Below the pieces are notes generated by a model. The model was not told the origin of the DNA. It was given only the letters and a program-made list of their open reading frames with translations, and made no database searches. Source: a virus (taxonomy: Duplodnaviria > Heunggongvirae > Uroviricota > Caudoviricetes). Taken from it: a DNA stretch of 64,000 nt. The stretch's first letter is position 1. Each line of letters opens with the position of its first letter. Position numbers and translations under genes: made by a program. The stretch is from IMG/VR virus record IMGVR_UViG_3300034355_001008, one strand, 5' to 3'. This document shows, piece by piece, positions 49,990-59,108 of the stretch.

Positions 49990-50389
49990 TAAGAAAAAAA
50001 TACATAGAGATTTACCGCAAATCTTAATCTTAAAAAGAACTTATATTCAAAGATTCCCTAATGGACAACAAGTTGCTCTTTATCACTCAGAACATTTGGA
50101 TCAATTTGTTACTGTTCCATTAGATGGTTCTCAATTTTCAAATACAACAGAATCAGTATTAGAAAAATTAACTCAAATATCAGAAAATGATGATATTGGA
50201 GTTGTTATTTTTAATGACTCTTCAGAGTTAAATATAAATAAAGAATGCGCTGATGTAATTTTAGATTTTATTAGCAAAAACGAAGAATTAGCAGAACAAT
50301 TACACGTTTCAGATAAAAGTTTCTTAGAAATTTTGGAACAGGCTGCTCAATTACAATCAACAGATTTATCGGAAGAATCTGGTCAATAA
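49982..50389 (+). CDS. conserved protein between portal and protease (prohead core gp67/68 position)
   Basis: P.IL.LKR..I..FPNGQ.VALY.S..L...VTVP pattern; synteny only. Confidence 0.6.
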   Translation: MTNKKKIHRDLPQILILKRTYIQRFPNGQQVALYHSEHLDQFVTVPLDGSQFSNTTESVLEKLTQISENDDIGVVIFNDSSELNINKECADVILDFISKNEELAEQLHVSDKSFLEILEQAAQLQSTDLSEESGQ

Positions 50390-50405
50390 CAGGAGTTAAC
50401 AAACG

Positions 50406-51047
50406 ATGAAATTGTTAAATGAGTTTACCGAAACAGAAGTTCTTGTAGAAGAAACTAACGGTAAAAAGAATCATACTATTAAAGGTTATTTCATTCATTG
50501 TAATGAACAAAATAGAAATGGCAGAGTTTATGTAAAAGAGCATATGCTACCTGAAGTAACAAGATATAAAAGAGATTATATTGATACCCGTAGATCTTTA
50601 GGTGAATTGTCTCACCCAGAAGGACCACAAATTAATCCAGATAAAGTATCTCACCTTATTACTAAATTGGATTTTGATGACCACCGTTGCTACGGTGAAG
50701 CTAAAGTTTTAGATACACCTAATGGAAACATCGTAAAATCTTTTATTGATGCTGGCGTAAATTTTGGCGTATCAACAAGAGGATTGGGTTCTATTAAAGA
50801 ATCTAATGGTATTAAATATGTCCAACCAGATTTTCGTTTAGTAACAGTTGATATTGTATTAGACCCATCAGGTAAAGATTGCTATGTTGAAGGTTTAATG
50901 GAAGGAAAGGAATGGATGTTTGTTGAAGGAAAAGGCTGGGTTGAACAATATTTACAAGAATCAAGAGATACTTTAAGAAAACTTACAGCTAAAGAAGTTG
51001 AACCGATGGCTCTTAAAATCTTCGAAAACTTTTTAAGAAAACTTTAA
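50406..51047 (+). CDS. gp21: prohead protease gp21
   Basis: N.NGR.Y, GEL.HP.GP.IN.D.VSH, TP.G.I...L...GV..GVS.RG.GS and DIV.DPS motifs. Confidence 0.96.
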   Translation: MKLLNEFTETEVLVEETNGKKNHTIKGYFIHCNEQNRNGRVYVKEHMLPEVTRYKRDYIDTRRSLGELSHPEGPQINPDKVSHLITKLDFDDHRCYGEAKVLDTPNGNIVKSFIDAGVNFGVSTRGLGSIKESNGIKYVQPDFRLVTVDIVLDPSGKDCYVEGLMEGKEWMFVEGKGWVEQYLQESRDTLRKLTAKEVEPMALKIFENFLRKL

Positions 51048-51063
51048 TACAAAATTTAATTTA

Positions 51064-51071
51064 TATAAATA
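51064..51071 (+). promoter_or_regulatory. T4-type late promoter
   Basis: TATAAATA upstream of gp22. Confidence 0.85.
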
Positions 51072-51102
51072 ATTATTATAAAAATCTAATAGGAGATATT
51101 TG

Positions 51103-52182
51103 ATGTCACAAGATAAAAATTTAAATCTTTCTGAAGCTGCAATGGATATTCTGAACGGCAATAGAAAAGACAAAGGCGCTAAACAAGATAAATTTGGCGA
51201 AGGCGAAAAATTACATGATACAGTTAATAAAACAACAGGTCATGATGTAGGAAATGCTGATTGGGAAAAATTGAGCGTTGAAGCTCCATCTGCAACTCCT
51301 CCAGGGCAAACACCACCTGTTGGCGCTGAACCAATGAAAAAATTAGCTCCACAACCAGCTGAAGCTTCTTCTAAAGTTGATACAAAAGTAAATCTTCATC
51401 CTAAAAAAGGTGTTAATGAAGAAGGCGAACCAGACGAAGATGAAGAAGAAGTAAACGAAGATATCGCAGCATTAATGGCTGGCGAAAACTTATCAGAAAG
51501 TTTCAAACGTAAAGCATCTGCTATTTTTGAAGCTGCTGTTAAATCTAAAGTTGGCGAATTAGCTGAAGAATTAGAAGCGCATTATGTTGCACAATTCGAA
51601 GAAGCTTATGAAGACATGAAAGAAGATTTTACTGATAAAGTTGATGAATATCTAGATTACGTTACTGAATCTTGGATGGAAGAAAACAAATTAGCAGTTG
51701 AATCAGGCTTAAGAACTGAAATTGCAGAAGGCTTTATTGAGTCTTTGAAAACCGTATTCGAAGAACACTATATCGATATTCCTGAAGAAAAATTCGATGT
51801 AGTAGAAGAATTAGCTTCTAAAGTAGAGGCATTAGAAAAACAAGTTAATGAAGAAATGAATAAAAACATTAACTTGAAACAAAAATTGTCAGAACAAAAG
51901 AAAGTTGAAGCTCTTCACGCAGTATGTGAAGGATTAACATTATCTCAAGCTGAAAAAATTAAAACTATTGCAGAGAGCGTAGAATTTGTAAGCGAAAATG
52001 ATTTTGTTACACAAATGGAAGATATTAAAGAATCTTATTTCTCGGTATCTACTGTTAAACCCGCTTCTATCGAATCTTTAAATGACGTTATTGACTTAAA
52101 TGAAGAAATAAAACCAGCAAAAAGAGTTGACCCAACAATTGCTGCTTATGCTTCACGTATTTCACAAACAATTTTAAAATAA
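51103..52182 (+). CDS. gp22: prohead core scaffold gp22
   Basis: Acidic coiled-coil protein with F..KA..IFEAAV..K, VD.YL.YV...WM.EN..AVE.G.R.EI and M..Y motifs; ATG at 51103 after AGGAG. Confidence 0.93.
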   Translation: MSQDKNLNLSEAAMDILNGNRKDKGAKQDKFGEGEKLHDTVNKTTGHDVGNADWEKLSVEAPSATPPGQTPPVGAEPMKKLAPQPAEASSKVDTKVNLHPKKGVNEEGEPDEDEEEVNEDIAALMAGENLSESFKRKASAIFEAAVKSKVGELAEELEAHYVAQFEEAYEDMKEDFTDKVDEYLDYVTESWMEENKLAVESGLRTEIAEGFIESLKTVFEEHYIDIPEEKFDVVEELASKVEALEKQVNEEMNKNINLKQKLSEQKKVEALHAVCEGLTLSQAEKIKTIAESVEFVSENDFVTQMEDIKESYFSVSTVKPASIESLNDVIDLNEEIKPAKRVDPTIAAYASRISQTILK

Positions 52183-52209
52183 AAATAAAAATTTAAGGAG
52201 TTTATCTAA

Positions 52210-53544
52210 ATGGCTTTATTAAACGAAGAATTGCAAAATAAATGGAGTCCAGTTCTGGATCATCCAGAATTAGCAAAAATTACTGACCCATACAAAAAAG
52301 CAGTTACTGCAATTGTATTGGAAAATCAACAAGCAGCGATGGATTCAGATCGCGAAACATTGATGGAAGGAACACCAACTAATACAACTGGTGGTATTTC
52401 TAACTTCGATCCAATTTTAATCAGTTTAGTACGTCGTGCTTTACCTAACTTGATTGCTTATGACGTAGCTGGCGTTCAACCAATGACTGGTCCTACTGGA
52501 TTAATCTTTGCTTTACGTTCACGTTATGGCGCTCAAGGTAACGGTACATTCCCTAACGGTGGCGGTACTGAAGCATTCTATAACGAAGCTAATACTATCT
52601 TCTCTGGTATTATCGGCACAGGTGGTTCAACTACTACAGGTCAAGCGAATTCAGCTGTTGGAACTTCTGGTCCATTAGCAAATTCATCTTTTGATACTGG
52701 GCAAGCAATGACAACTGCTATGGGTGAAGTATTAGGCGATGGTGCTGGTACTGTATTCGGCGAAATGTCAATTTCAATCGAAAAAGTTACTGTTTCTGCT
52801 AGAACTCGTGCATTGAAAGCTGAATACAGCTTAGAAATGGCTCAAGATTTGAAAGCAATCCATGGTTTGGATGCTGAAACTGAATTATCAAACGTTTTAT
52901 CTACAGAAATTCTTGCTGAGATGAACCGCGAAGTAATTCGTACAATCTATACAGTAGCTAAAGCTGGTGCTCAATTCGGTACAGTTACTCCAGGCGTATT
53001 CGACTTAGATACAGACTCAAATGGTCGTTGGTCAGTTGAAAGATTTAAAGGTTTGATTTATCATATCGAAAGAGAAGCTAATCAAATCGCTAAAACAACT
53101 CGTAGAGGAAAAGGTAACATTTTAATCGTTTCTTCTGACGTTGCTTCTGCTCTAGCTATGGCTGGTGTATTACAATATACTCCTGCGTTATCTGCTGATT
53201 TACAAGTTGATGACACTGGTAATACATATGCTGGTTTGTTACATGGTCGTATCAAAGTTTATATCGACCCTTACTTTGGTGGTTCATACCAAAACGTTGA
53301 ATTATGTACAGTTGGTTATAAAGGTACAAGTCCTTATGACTCTGGTTTATTCTACTGCCCATACGTTCCTTTACAAATGGTTCGTGCAGTTGATCCAGGT
53401 ACTTTCCAACCAAAAATCGGCTTCAAAACTCGTTACGGTTTAGTAGCAAATCCATTCGCTGAAGGTACAACCCAAGGTCAAGGTTTGATTACTCCACGTA
53501 GCAACAACTATTACAGAATCTTTGCTGTTAAAAACTTGATGTAA
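52210..53544 (+). CDS. gp23: major capsid protein gp23
   Basis: KW.PVL, DP.LISLVRR..P.LIAYD..GVQPM.GPTGLIFA.R, RALKAEYS.E.AQDLKA.HGLDAE.EL and FQPKIGFKTRYG motifs. Confidence 0.99.
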   Translation: MALLNEELQNKWSPVLDHPELAKITDPYKKAVTAIVLENQQAAMDSDRETLMEGTPTNTTGGISNFDPILISLVRRALPNLIAYDVAGVQPMTGPTGLIFALRSRYGAQGNGTFPNGGGTEAFYNEANTIFSGIIGTGGSTTTGQANSAVGTSGPLANSSFDTGQAMTTAMGEVLGDGAGTVFGEMSISIEKVTVSARTRALKAEYSLEMAQDLKAIHGLDAETELSNVLSTEILAEMNREVIRTIYTVAKAGAQFGTVTPGVFDLDTDSNGRWSVERFKGLIYHIEREANQIAKTTRRGKGNILIVSSDVASALAMAGVLQYTPALSADLQVDDTGNTYAGLLHGRIKVYIDPYFGGSYQNVELCTVGYKGTSPYDSGLFYCPYVPLQMVRAVDPGTFQPKIGFKTRYGLVANPFAEGTTQGQGLITPRSNNYYRIFAVKNLM

Positions 53545-53570
53545 TTTAGTTGTGTTTCATGGATGAAACA

Positions 53571-53596
53571 AAAAAGGGAGCTTCGGCTCCCTTTTT
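53571..53596. terminator. bidirectional rho-independent terminator
   Basis: AAAAAGGGAGC-TTCG-GCTCCCTTTTT, with the same core as the terminator at 3231. Confidence 0.92.
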
Positions 53597-53608
53597 CTAT
53601 TTGGAAGT

Positions 53609-54418
53609 TTAGAAAAAACTATCTAAACCAAAAGAAGTGGATTTTTGATATTTACCTCCACTAGTATCCCGTAAGCGTAATTCAGCGTGACCTGTAGTTT
53701 CACGGACGTATTTTGTACATAAATCTGGAAATCTACGAACTAAATCGTCAGCACTTTTATCAATACGTTCAAGAGTTCGTTCAACTTGCATTCCTCCATC
53801 TTCAGTATAATATTTGGATATAACAGTAATATTGTCTAATCGCGAAACTGAACCATCAAGAACATAATGTTGAAGAGTTCGCTCAAAATCTTCTTTATCG
53901 CATAATTGAACCATACGATCTTGATGTTTATCGTTAATGCAGCCCCACAGCGACCCAATGCAGTAATATAAACCAGTCTTAGGGGTATAACTCATAAAAA
54001 ACGCATTCGACGCTGCATAGACACCACAGAGCTTATTTTCGTTCTCCTGCATAATATTATACATTGGCTCAAATACTTCTTTATGGATATCTTCAATTGG
54101 CTCCATTTTCTTTTCATCAGCAGGAGCTTTGCGCATAATACTCGATAAATCATCATCAAAATTTACAACAAATTCCCCCTCATCATAATAATTTCTAATA
54201 AAGTTTCTAATTGGTCCCATACCAACAACACCCACAACAATATTTTTGTTATAAATGTTATCTTTTAATGATGTTTCGTATGCAGTCTTTTCGGCATCAT
54301 TAGCAACAAAGATTGTTACTGTACTTGGATCTACATTATATTTCTCCAATACACTTAAAGTTTTATCTCTAAGCGTATCAGATCGTTTATACGAAGGAAT
54401 TGCAATATTCAATTTCAT
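53609..54418 (-). CDS. GT-A glycosyltransferase, TET-associated (TAGT/GREB1-like)
   Basis: IAIPSYKR start, VNFDDD DxD motif, EDFER...Y..DG...R and ..GGMQ motifs; adjacent to a TET/JBP gene. Confidence 0.78.
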   Translation of the reverse strand: MKLNIAIPSYKRSDTLRDKTLSVLEKYNVDPSTVTIFVANDAEKTAYETSLKDNIYNKNIVVGVVGMGPIRNFIRNYYDEGEFVVNFDDDLSSIMRKAPADEKKMEPIEDIHKEVFEPMYNIMQENENKLCGVYAASNAFFMSYTPKTGLYYCIGSLWGCINDKHQDRMVQLCDKEDFERTLQHYVLDGSVSRLDNITVISKYYTEDGGMQVERTLERIDKSADDLVRRFPDLCTKYVRETTGHAELRLRDTSGGKYQKSTSFGLDSFF

Positions 54419-54426
54419 AATCTACC

Positions 54427-55809
54427 TTAAAAAAAGTTATCTAAACTGTTACCGAATCTACGGTCATACAAATCTTTGTGATAGGATTCTAACCAACCTT
54501 TGCCTTGCGGTTGAGCTAACAAATAATCAATCCACTCATCAGATTCCCATAATCCAGGAGTGATGCCATTCCAACGGTATCTTTGGTCTGGATGATCGGG
54601 ATTTAATCTACGACTATCAATAAATTCTCTGCGAGTATTCTCGTAATCATAAGTACCAAGCGTTAACATACCTTCATGGAAAAACGCAATCATACTAATT
54701 CTTTCTGCATCTGGATCTTTTAGTTTTAATTCAGTATTACCATGTAATCCAGCTTGATTATTTACTAATAATAAATCAGTAGGTCTGACATCAACTGCAT
54801 AACCAATTTCCGGAAATACTAAATAACATCCTTCATATTGATCATTATTTGACATAACACAAAGATTAGCGAATCCATCTTCCATATTAGCTGGATCGTA
54901 ATGGCCAGCGGTTCGAAAGTTTTTATTTACTGTAATTGTCGTAAATGGAGTATCTGGTACAACAAATCTTTGATCAATTGATTCTGCAGCTCGTTTTTGA
55001 TTACCATAACGCCATGGCAACATATCCTTAAAACCTTTAGCTAAAGATTGTAAGAATGGATAAGACTTAGAAAACTTTTCTAGATTATCTCTTGTATAGG
55101 TAGTTGGTCTACCAAAAGGAATTCTAGGATATCTATCATACCAACCAGCAATACCAGAATTTACGACATTAGCATAAGTCGTTTTACTAATCAATTTATC
55201 TAATACTCGTTGAGCTTCAGCTTTTGCTTCATCAATAGTTAATGCGCATAATTTATCGATAAAGTCATTAAATACAAATTTCTCAGCTCTAATTTGCTCA
55301 GTCAACCAGACGACACCACGACTATCATCAGATTTAAGATTTTTATACTTGGCTCGTATTAAATCAACATCTGCCTTTGGCGTATATCCGCCGAATACTG
55401 AAGTCGAATTTTTATGTGCAAAGAATTCTAATAAATCAAATTGTTCATCAGTAACCCATTCTCTTCCTGCGCATGTAGCAGTTCTTGGTCCACCAGCCAT
55501 ACCGCGATTTTGAGTTTCAACAGCTGCATCACGTAAACCCGCGTAAGCTGCATCAGCCTCTTCTTTATTAAAGAAATTTTTACGAAACTTAAATACAATA
55601 TTCTTTTCAGATAACCCTTTATGACAAGAATTACATTCCATATTGTTATCACAGTTTTCTTCGGCAGTAAAATCTGCGCAATCTGGAGGAAGATATACAT
55701 CTAAATCTTCTTCAACTAATATTCTATAATGACTTTCATTAAGCCATTTACCAACCAAATCGGGTCTTGGAGTTACCTCTTCCGGTTTTAAAACTACAAC
55801 TTTTACCAT
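54427..55809 (-). CDS. TET/JBP-family 2OG-Fe(II) dioxygenase
   Basis: FTT.TVNKNFRTA.HYD (HxD), G..LVFPE...AVD..P.DLLL, LHGNT (distal His) and ERIS (2OG Arg/Ser). Confidence 0.82.
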   Translation of the reverse strand: MVKVVVLKPEEVTPRPDLVGKWLNESHYRILVEEDLDVYLPPDCADFTAEENCDNNMECNSCHKGLSEKNIVFKFRKNFFNKEEADAAYAGLRDAAVETQNRGMAGGPRTATCAGREWVTDEQFDLLEFFAHKNSTSVFGGYTPKADVDLIRAKYKNLKSDDSRGVVWLTEQIRAEKFVFNDFIDKLCALTIDEAKAEAQRVLDKLISKTTYANVVNSGIAGWYDRYPRIPFGRPTTYTRDNLEKFSKSYPFLQSLAKGFKDMLPWRYGNQKRAAESIDQRFVVPDTPFTTITVNKNFRTAGHYDPANMEDGFANLCVMSNNDQYEGCYLVFPEIGYAVDVRPTDLLLVNNQAGLHGNTELKLKDPDAERISMIAFFHEGMLTLGTYDYENTRREFIDSRRLNPDHPDQRYRWNGITPGLWESDEWIDYLLAQPQGKGWLESYHKDLYDRRFGNSLDNFF

Positions 55810-55838
55810 CTATATCTCCTATTGTAAGATTCAAATAT

Positions 55839-55867
55839 ATTTTACTACATAAATTAAAAAAAGTAAA
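55839..55867 (-). promoter_or_regulatory. sigma70-type promoter for the TET/GT operon
   Basis: On the minus strand: TTTACT (55867-55862), 17-bp spacer, TAAAAT (55844-55839). Confidence 0.65.
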
Positions 55868-55890
55868 GCGTTTTTTTGTATTTAGAATTT

Positions 55891-55898
55891 TATAAATA
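55891..55898 (+). promoter_or_regulatory. T4-type late promoter
   Basis: TATAAATA upstream of gp3. Confidence 0.8.
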
Positions 55899-55925
55899 CA
55901 AGTAAATAAATTATAAGGATTTTTT

Positions 55926-56468
55926 ATGGCTCTTAACGATACAAACATCTGTAATACCGATTTGTTGCAGTCAGCAAAATTTATTTTTACGATTCCTAGA
56001 TTAATGGAAGTTCAATTCTTCTGTCAAGCAGTAAATCTTCCAGGAGTAAATTCCCAAAGCACGGTTCAAGTAAACCCGTTTAGAGATATGGGCGTCCCAG
56101 GAGATAAAATGGAATACGAAGATTTATCTATCGAGTTTCTTATTGATGAGGAATTGAGATCTTGGACTTCGATATATTATTGGATTAAGGGATATACGCA
56201 AGCTGAAGCTTGGGACGATTATGCCAATTTAAATAAATTATCAAAATATAGTCAATATGAATATATAAATACTCCACAATATGCTGACGCGATATTAACA
56301 ACATTATCGCCAGCTTCTGATAAACCAAAGGTAAATATCCATTTTATAGATTTATTTCCAGTTTATCTGTCTGCTATACCGTTTGATGTTAGGGTTAGTT
56401 CTGCAAAAACAATGACAGCAACTGCAACATTTAGGTTTAAAAGGTATGAATTGACTTTAGTTGGCTAG
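55926..56468 (+). CDS. gp3: tail tube terminator/completion protein gp3
   Basis: F.F.I......FFCQ.VNLPG, PGDK..Y..L...FL.DE.L..W and F.DLFP..LS motifs. Confidence 0.88.
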   Translation: MALNDTNICNTDLLQSAKFIFTIPRLMEVQFFCQAVNLPGVNSQSTVQVNPFRDMGVPGDKMEYEDLSIEFLIDEELRSWTSIYYWIKGYTQAEAWDDYANLNKLSKYSQYEYINTPQYADAILTTLSPASDKPKVNIHFIDLFPVYLSAIPFDVRVSSAKTMTATATFRFKRYELTLVG

Positions 56469-56505
56469 CCTATATATTTTTGTAATGTTTACTTGAGAAT
56501 ATAAA

Positions 56506-56946
56506 ATGATAAAACTTGATACAATTATAGAATATTGGAAAATTGATAGTAAAATCGACGAATCAAAACCTCACCAAGAATTAGTTAATACCCCTTTATT
56601 GCACGCGAAATATGTCGAGATTCTTTCTCAGCATAGACTCGCTGCACAGAAAGCAAAATTCGACCATGCAAGGATGAAAAAAGTTCGTAGGGAGTATTAC
56701 CTAGGAAATCTTGCAAAGGAAACCTTAGACGAGTATGGGTGGGATCAGTTCGACTTAAAGATTGGCACCAAAGGTAATATCGATACGTATCTTGAAGCTG
56801 ACGATTTTTTAATAAAAATTCTTGAAAAGAAAGCCTACTATGAGGAATGTATATATGTTTGTGAGGCAATAATTAAAGAGCTCGGTAACAGAACTTGGCA
56901 ATTAAGAGAATATATGACATACACTAGATTCCTAGCTGGAAATTAA
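56506..56946 (+). CDS. uvsY: recombination mediator UvsY
   Basis: W..D..ID....E....P.LH.KY and YY.G motifs; synteny with uvsW. Confidence 0.88.
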   Translation: MIKLDTIIEYWKIDSKIDESKPHQELVNTPLLHAKYVEILSQHRLAAQKAKFDHARMKKVRREYYLGNLAKETLDEYGWDQFDLKIGTKGNIDTYLEADDFLIKILEKKAYYEECIYVCEAIIKELGNRTWQLREYMTYTRFLAGN

Positions 56947-56947
56947 A

Positions 56948-58453
56948 ATGATAATTGAAATTGAAAAACATAACGAAACTTATGCCATCCTAAAATGCGA
57001 CAAAAGTATTGCACAGGAACTAAGCGATTACTTCTCTTTTTTTGCTACTGGATATAAATTTATGCCCAGTTATAAAGCAAGATTATGGGATGGAAAGGTT
57101 CGCCTAGCAAAAATATTACCAAATGGAGATATGGAGTTTTTTATCGGTTTAATCCCTCAATTAGAGGCGTTTGCTAAAGATAGGGACTATACCCTTCAAC
57201 ACAATTATAAAGATAACTACGACCCAGTTACGGACACTGAGTTACACAAATTTATTACTTCATTAGATATCCATTCTAATGGAAAGAAAATTGAGGTTAG
57301 AGATTATCAATTTAAAGGCGTTTTAGATTTCCTTAACGAAAAACGTTTAATGTTATTATCTCCAACGTCATCAGGTAAAAGTTGTATTCTTTATATTATT
57401 GTTAGATTCTTGTTAGCGCATAATAGAAAGAAAGGATTACTGTTGGTTCCAAACACATCATTATGTCATCAACTTACATCAGATTTTGCTGATTACTCAA
57501 GTCATAATAGATGGGATGTAAATAAACATATTCATATGATATTTGCTGGTCAAGATAAAAATGCAGAAAAACATTTATATATTAGCACTTGGCAATCATT
57601 ATTTAATCATAAAAGCCGAACTTATTTTGATCAATTTGATTTTGTGTTATGTGATGAAGCTCATTTAGCATCAGCAAATAGCTTAACAGGTATTGTACAA
57701 AAATGCGTTAATGCCGATTATCGAGTTGGTGTTACTGGAACTTTAAATGGACAAAAAATACATTCATTACAATTAGAAAGTTTATTTGGTCCAGTTAGAA
57801 AGGTTATTACAACTAAACAATTAATGGATAACAAACAAGTAACAAAATTAAATATTAAATGTATTGTTTTAAAATATCCCGAGGAAACTTGTAAGTTATC
57901 AAAAGGATTAAAATATCAACAAGAATTAGAATATTTAATTGCTAATGCCAATAGAAATAAATTTATTAAGAATTTATCATTATCATTAAAAGGAAATACA
58001 TTATTACTTTATCAATATGTTGAAAAACATGGAGATGTGTTATATGAGTTAATTTCTAATTCAAAACATGCTGTTAATAAAAAGATATATTATATTCATG
58101 GTAATATTAAGGCTGAAGAAAGAGAAGAAATTAGAAAGGCAATGGAGACTGAACATAATGTAATTTTAATAGGTTCTGTTGGAACAGTGTCTACTGGAAC
58201 TAATATTAAAAACCTACATAATATTATATTTGCTAGCCCTTCTAAATCTAGAATAAGAAACCTCCAAGCTATTGGTCGCGTTTTACGTTTAAATGAAAAT
58301 AAAGATGAAGCAGTATTATATGACCTTGCTGATGATTTACGGTATAAGAAGCATCAAAATTATACTCTAACACATTTTCAAGAAAGAATCAAGATTTACA
58401 ATGAAGAAAAATTTGATTATAAAATTATTAAAGTGGATATGGAAACATTATGA
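56948..58453 (+). CDS. uvsW: SF2 DNA helicase UvsW
   Basis: FMP.YK...WDGK.RL, RDYQ, SPTSSGKS, DEAH, G.TGT, STG.NIKNLHN.IFASP.KS.IR.LQ.IGR.LR motifs. Confidence 0.97.
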   Translation: MIIEIEKHNETYAILKCDKSIAQELSDYFSFFATGYKFMPSYKARLWDGKVRLAKILPNGDMEFFIGLIPQLEAFAKDRDYTLQHNYKDNYDPVTDTELHKFITSLDIHSNGKKIEVRDYQFKGVLDFLNEKRLMLLSPTSSGKSCILYIIVRFLLAHNRKKGLLLVPNTSLCHQLTSDFADYSSHNRWDVNKHIHMIFAGQDKNAEKHLYISTWQSLFNHKSRTYFDQFDFVLCDEAHLASANSLTGIVQKCVNADYRVGVTGTLNGQKIHSLQLESLFGPVRKVITTKQLMDNKQVTKLNIKCIVLKYPEETCKLSKGLKYQQELEYLIANANRNKFIKNLSLSLKGNTLLLYQYVEKHGDVLYELISNSKHAVNKKIYYIHGNIKAEEREEIRKAMETEHNVILIGSVGTVSTGTNIKNLHNIIFASPSKSRIRNLQAIGRVLRLNENKDEAVLYDLADDLRYKKHQNYTLTHFQERIKIYNEEKFDYKIIKVDMETL

Positions 58454-58827
58454 CCGAAAAATTTGAAATTAAAATTGTTAGATTAAGAACTGGTGAAGAT
58501 TTAATTGGATTCTATCATCAAGATAAAGAAACTAATACTGTAATAATAAAATACCCTAAAACATTCTACCCTACCATTGACATTGAAAATGAAACTGAAG
58601 AAATTATTATGGTTGACTGGATGCCTTTAGAAGCATTTCCTCTACAAGAAGCACCTATTCCAATGGATCACATTTTATTTGTTTCTTATTCATCTATAGA
58701 GTTTGGATATCGATATCTTGATGCTATATTGGATTATCTAGATCCAGAATCAACATTAGCTAAACAAATTAAAGAAACAATAATAGATGAAACAGATATT
58801 CCGCCAGAAGGATCTAGTATTCACTAA
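58450..58827 (+). CDS. conserved T4-like hypothetical protein (possibly Sm-like fold)
   Basis: IKIVRL.TGEDLIG start, typical of the ORF between uvsW and gp55. Confidence 0.6.
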   Translation: MTEKFEIKIVRLRTGEDLIGFYHQDKETNTVIIKYPKTFYPTIDIENETEEIIMVDWMPLEAFPLQEAPIPMDHILFVSYSSIEFGYRYLDAILDYLDPESTLAKQIKETIIDETDIPPEGSSIH

Positions 58828-58831
58828 TTTA

Positions 58832-58926
58832 ATCCTCTTCGAGGATCTGCTACGCAGTAATTCTATTTTGAGACTCTAATGTTTATGGAACGAAGCATCA
58901 GCGAAGTTCCAAACAACACTTAGAGT
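58832..58926. other. cluster of three inverted repeats (structured non-coding element)
   Basis: ATCCTC-TTC-GAGGAT, CTGC-TAC-GCAG, and a 54-nt bulged stem (58873-58926). Confidence 0.6.
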
Positions 58927-59043
58927 ATAATGTAACCTACAAATTTAATTTCGTCAAGCACTTTTTTTCAACTTATTATATTTTAACGAGAAATAGTTCT
59001 TGACGAAAATTCAATCAAATTCCCTGTTCAGAAGAAATAATTC

Positions 59044-59072
59044 TTGCTATTTTATCTATTTCATAGTATAAT
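59044..59072 (+). promoter_or_regulatory. sigma70-type promoter for gp55
   Basis: TTGCTA (59044-59049), 17-bp spacer, TATAAT (59067-59072). Confidence 0.78.
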
Positions 59073-59108
59073 ACTATTAAATAACTGATAATACATGGAG
59101 TAATTGCT

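Noticed and set aside
53553-53570. Solitary CRISPR-repeat mimic (GTTTCA...TGAAAC ends)
   Set aside because: At 16-18 nt it is far shorter than CRISPR repeats, and no dedicated promoter was seen.
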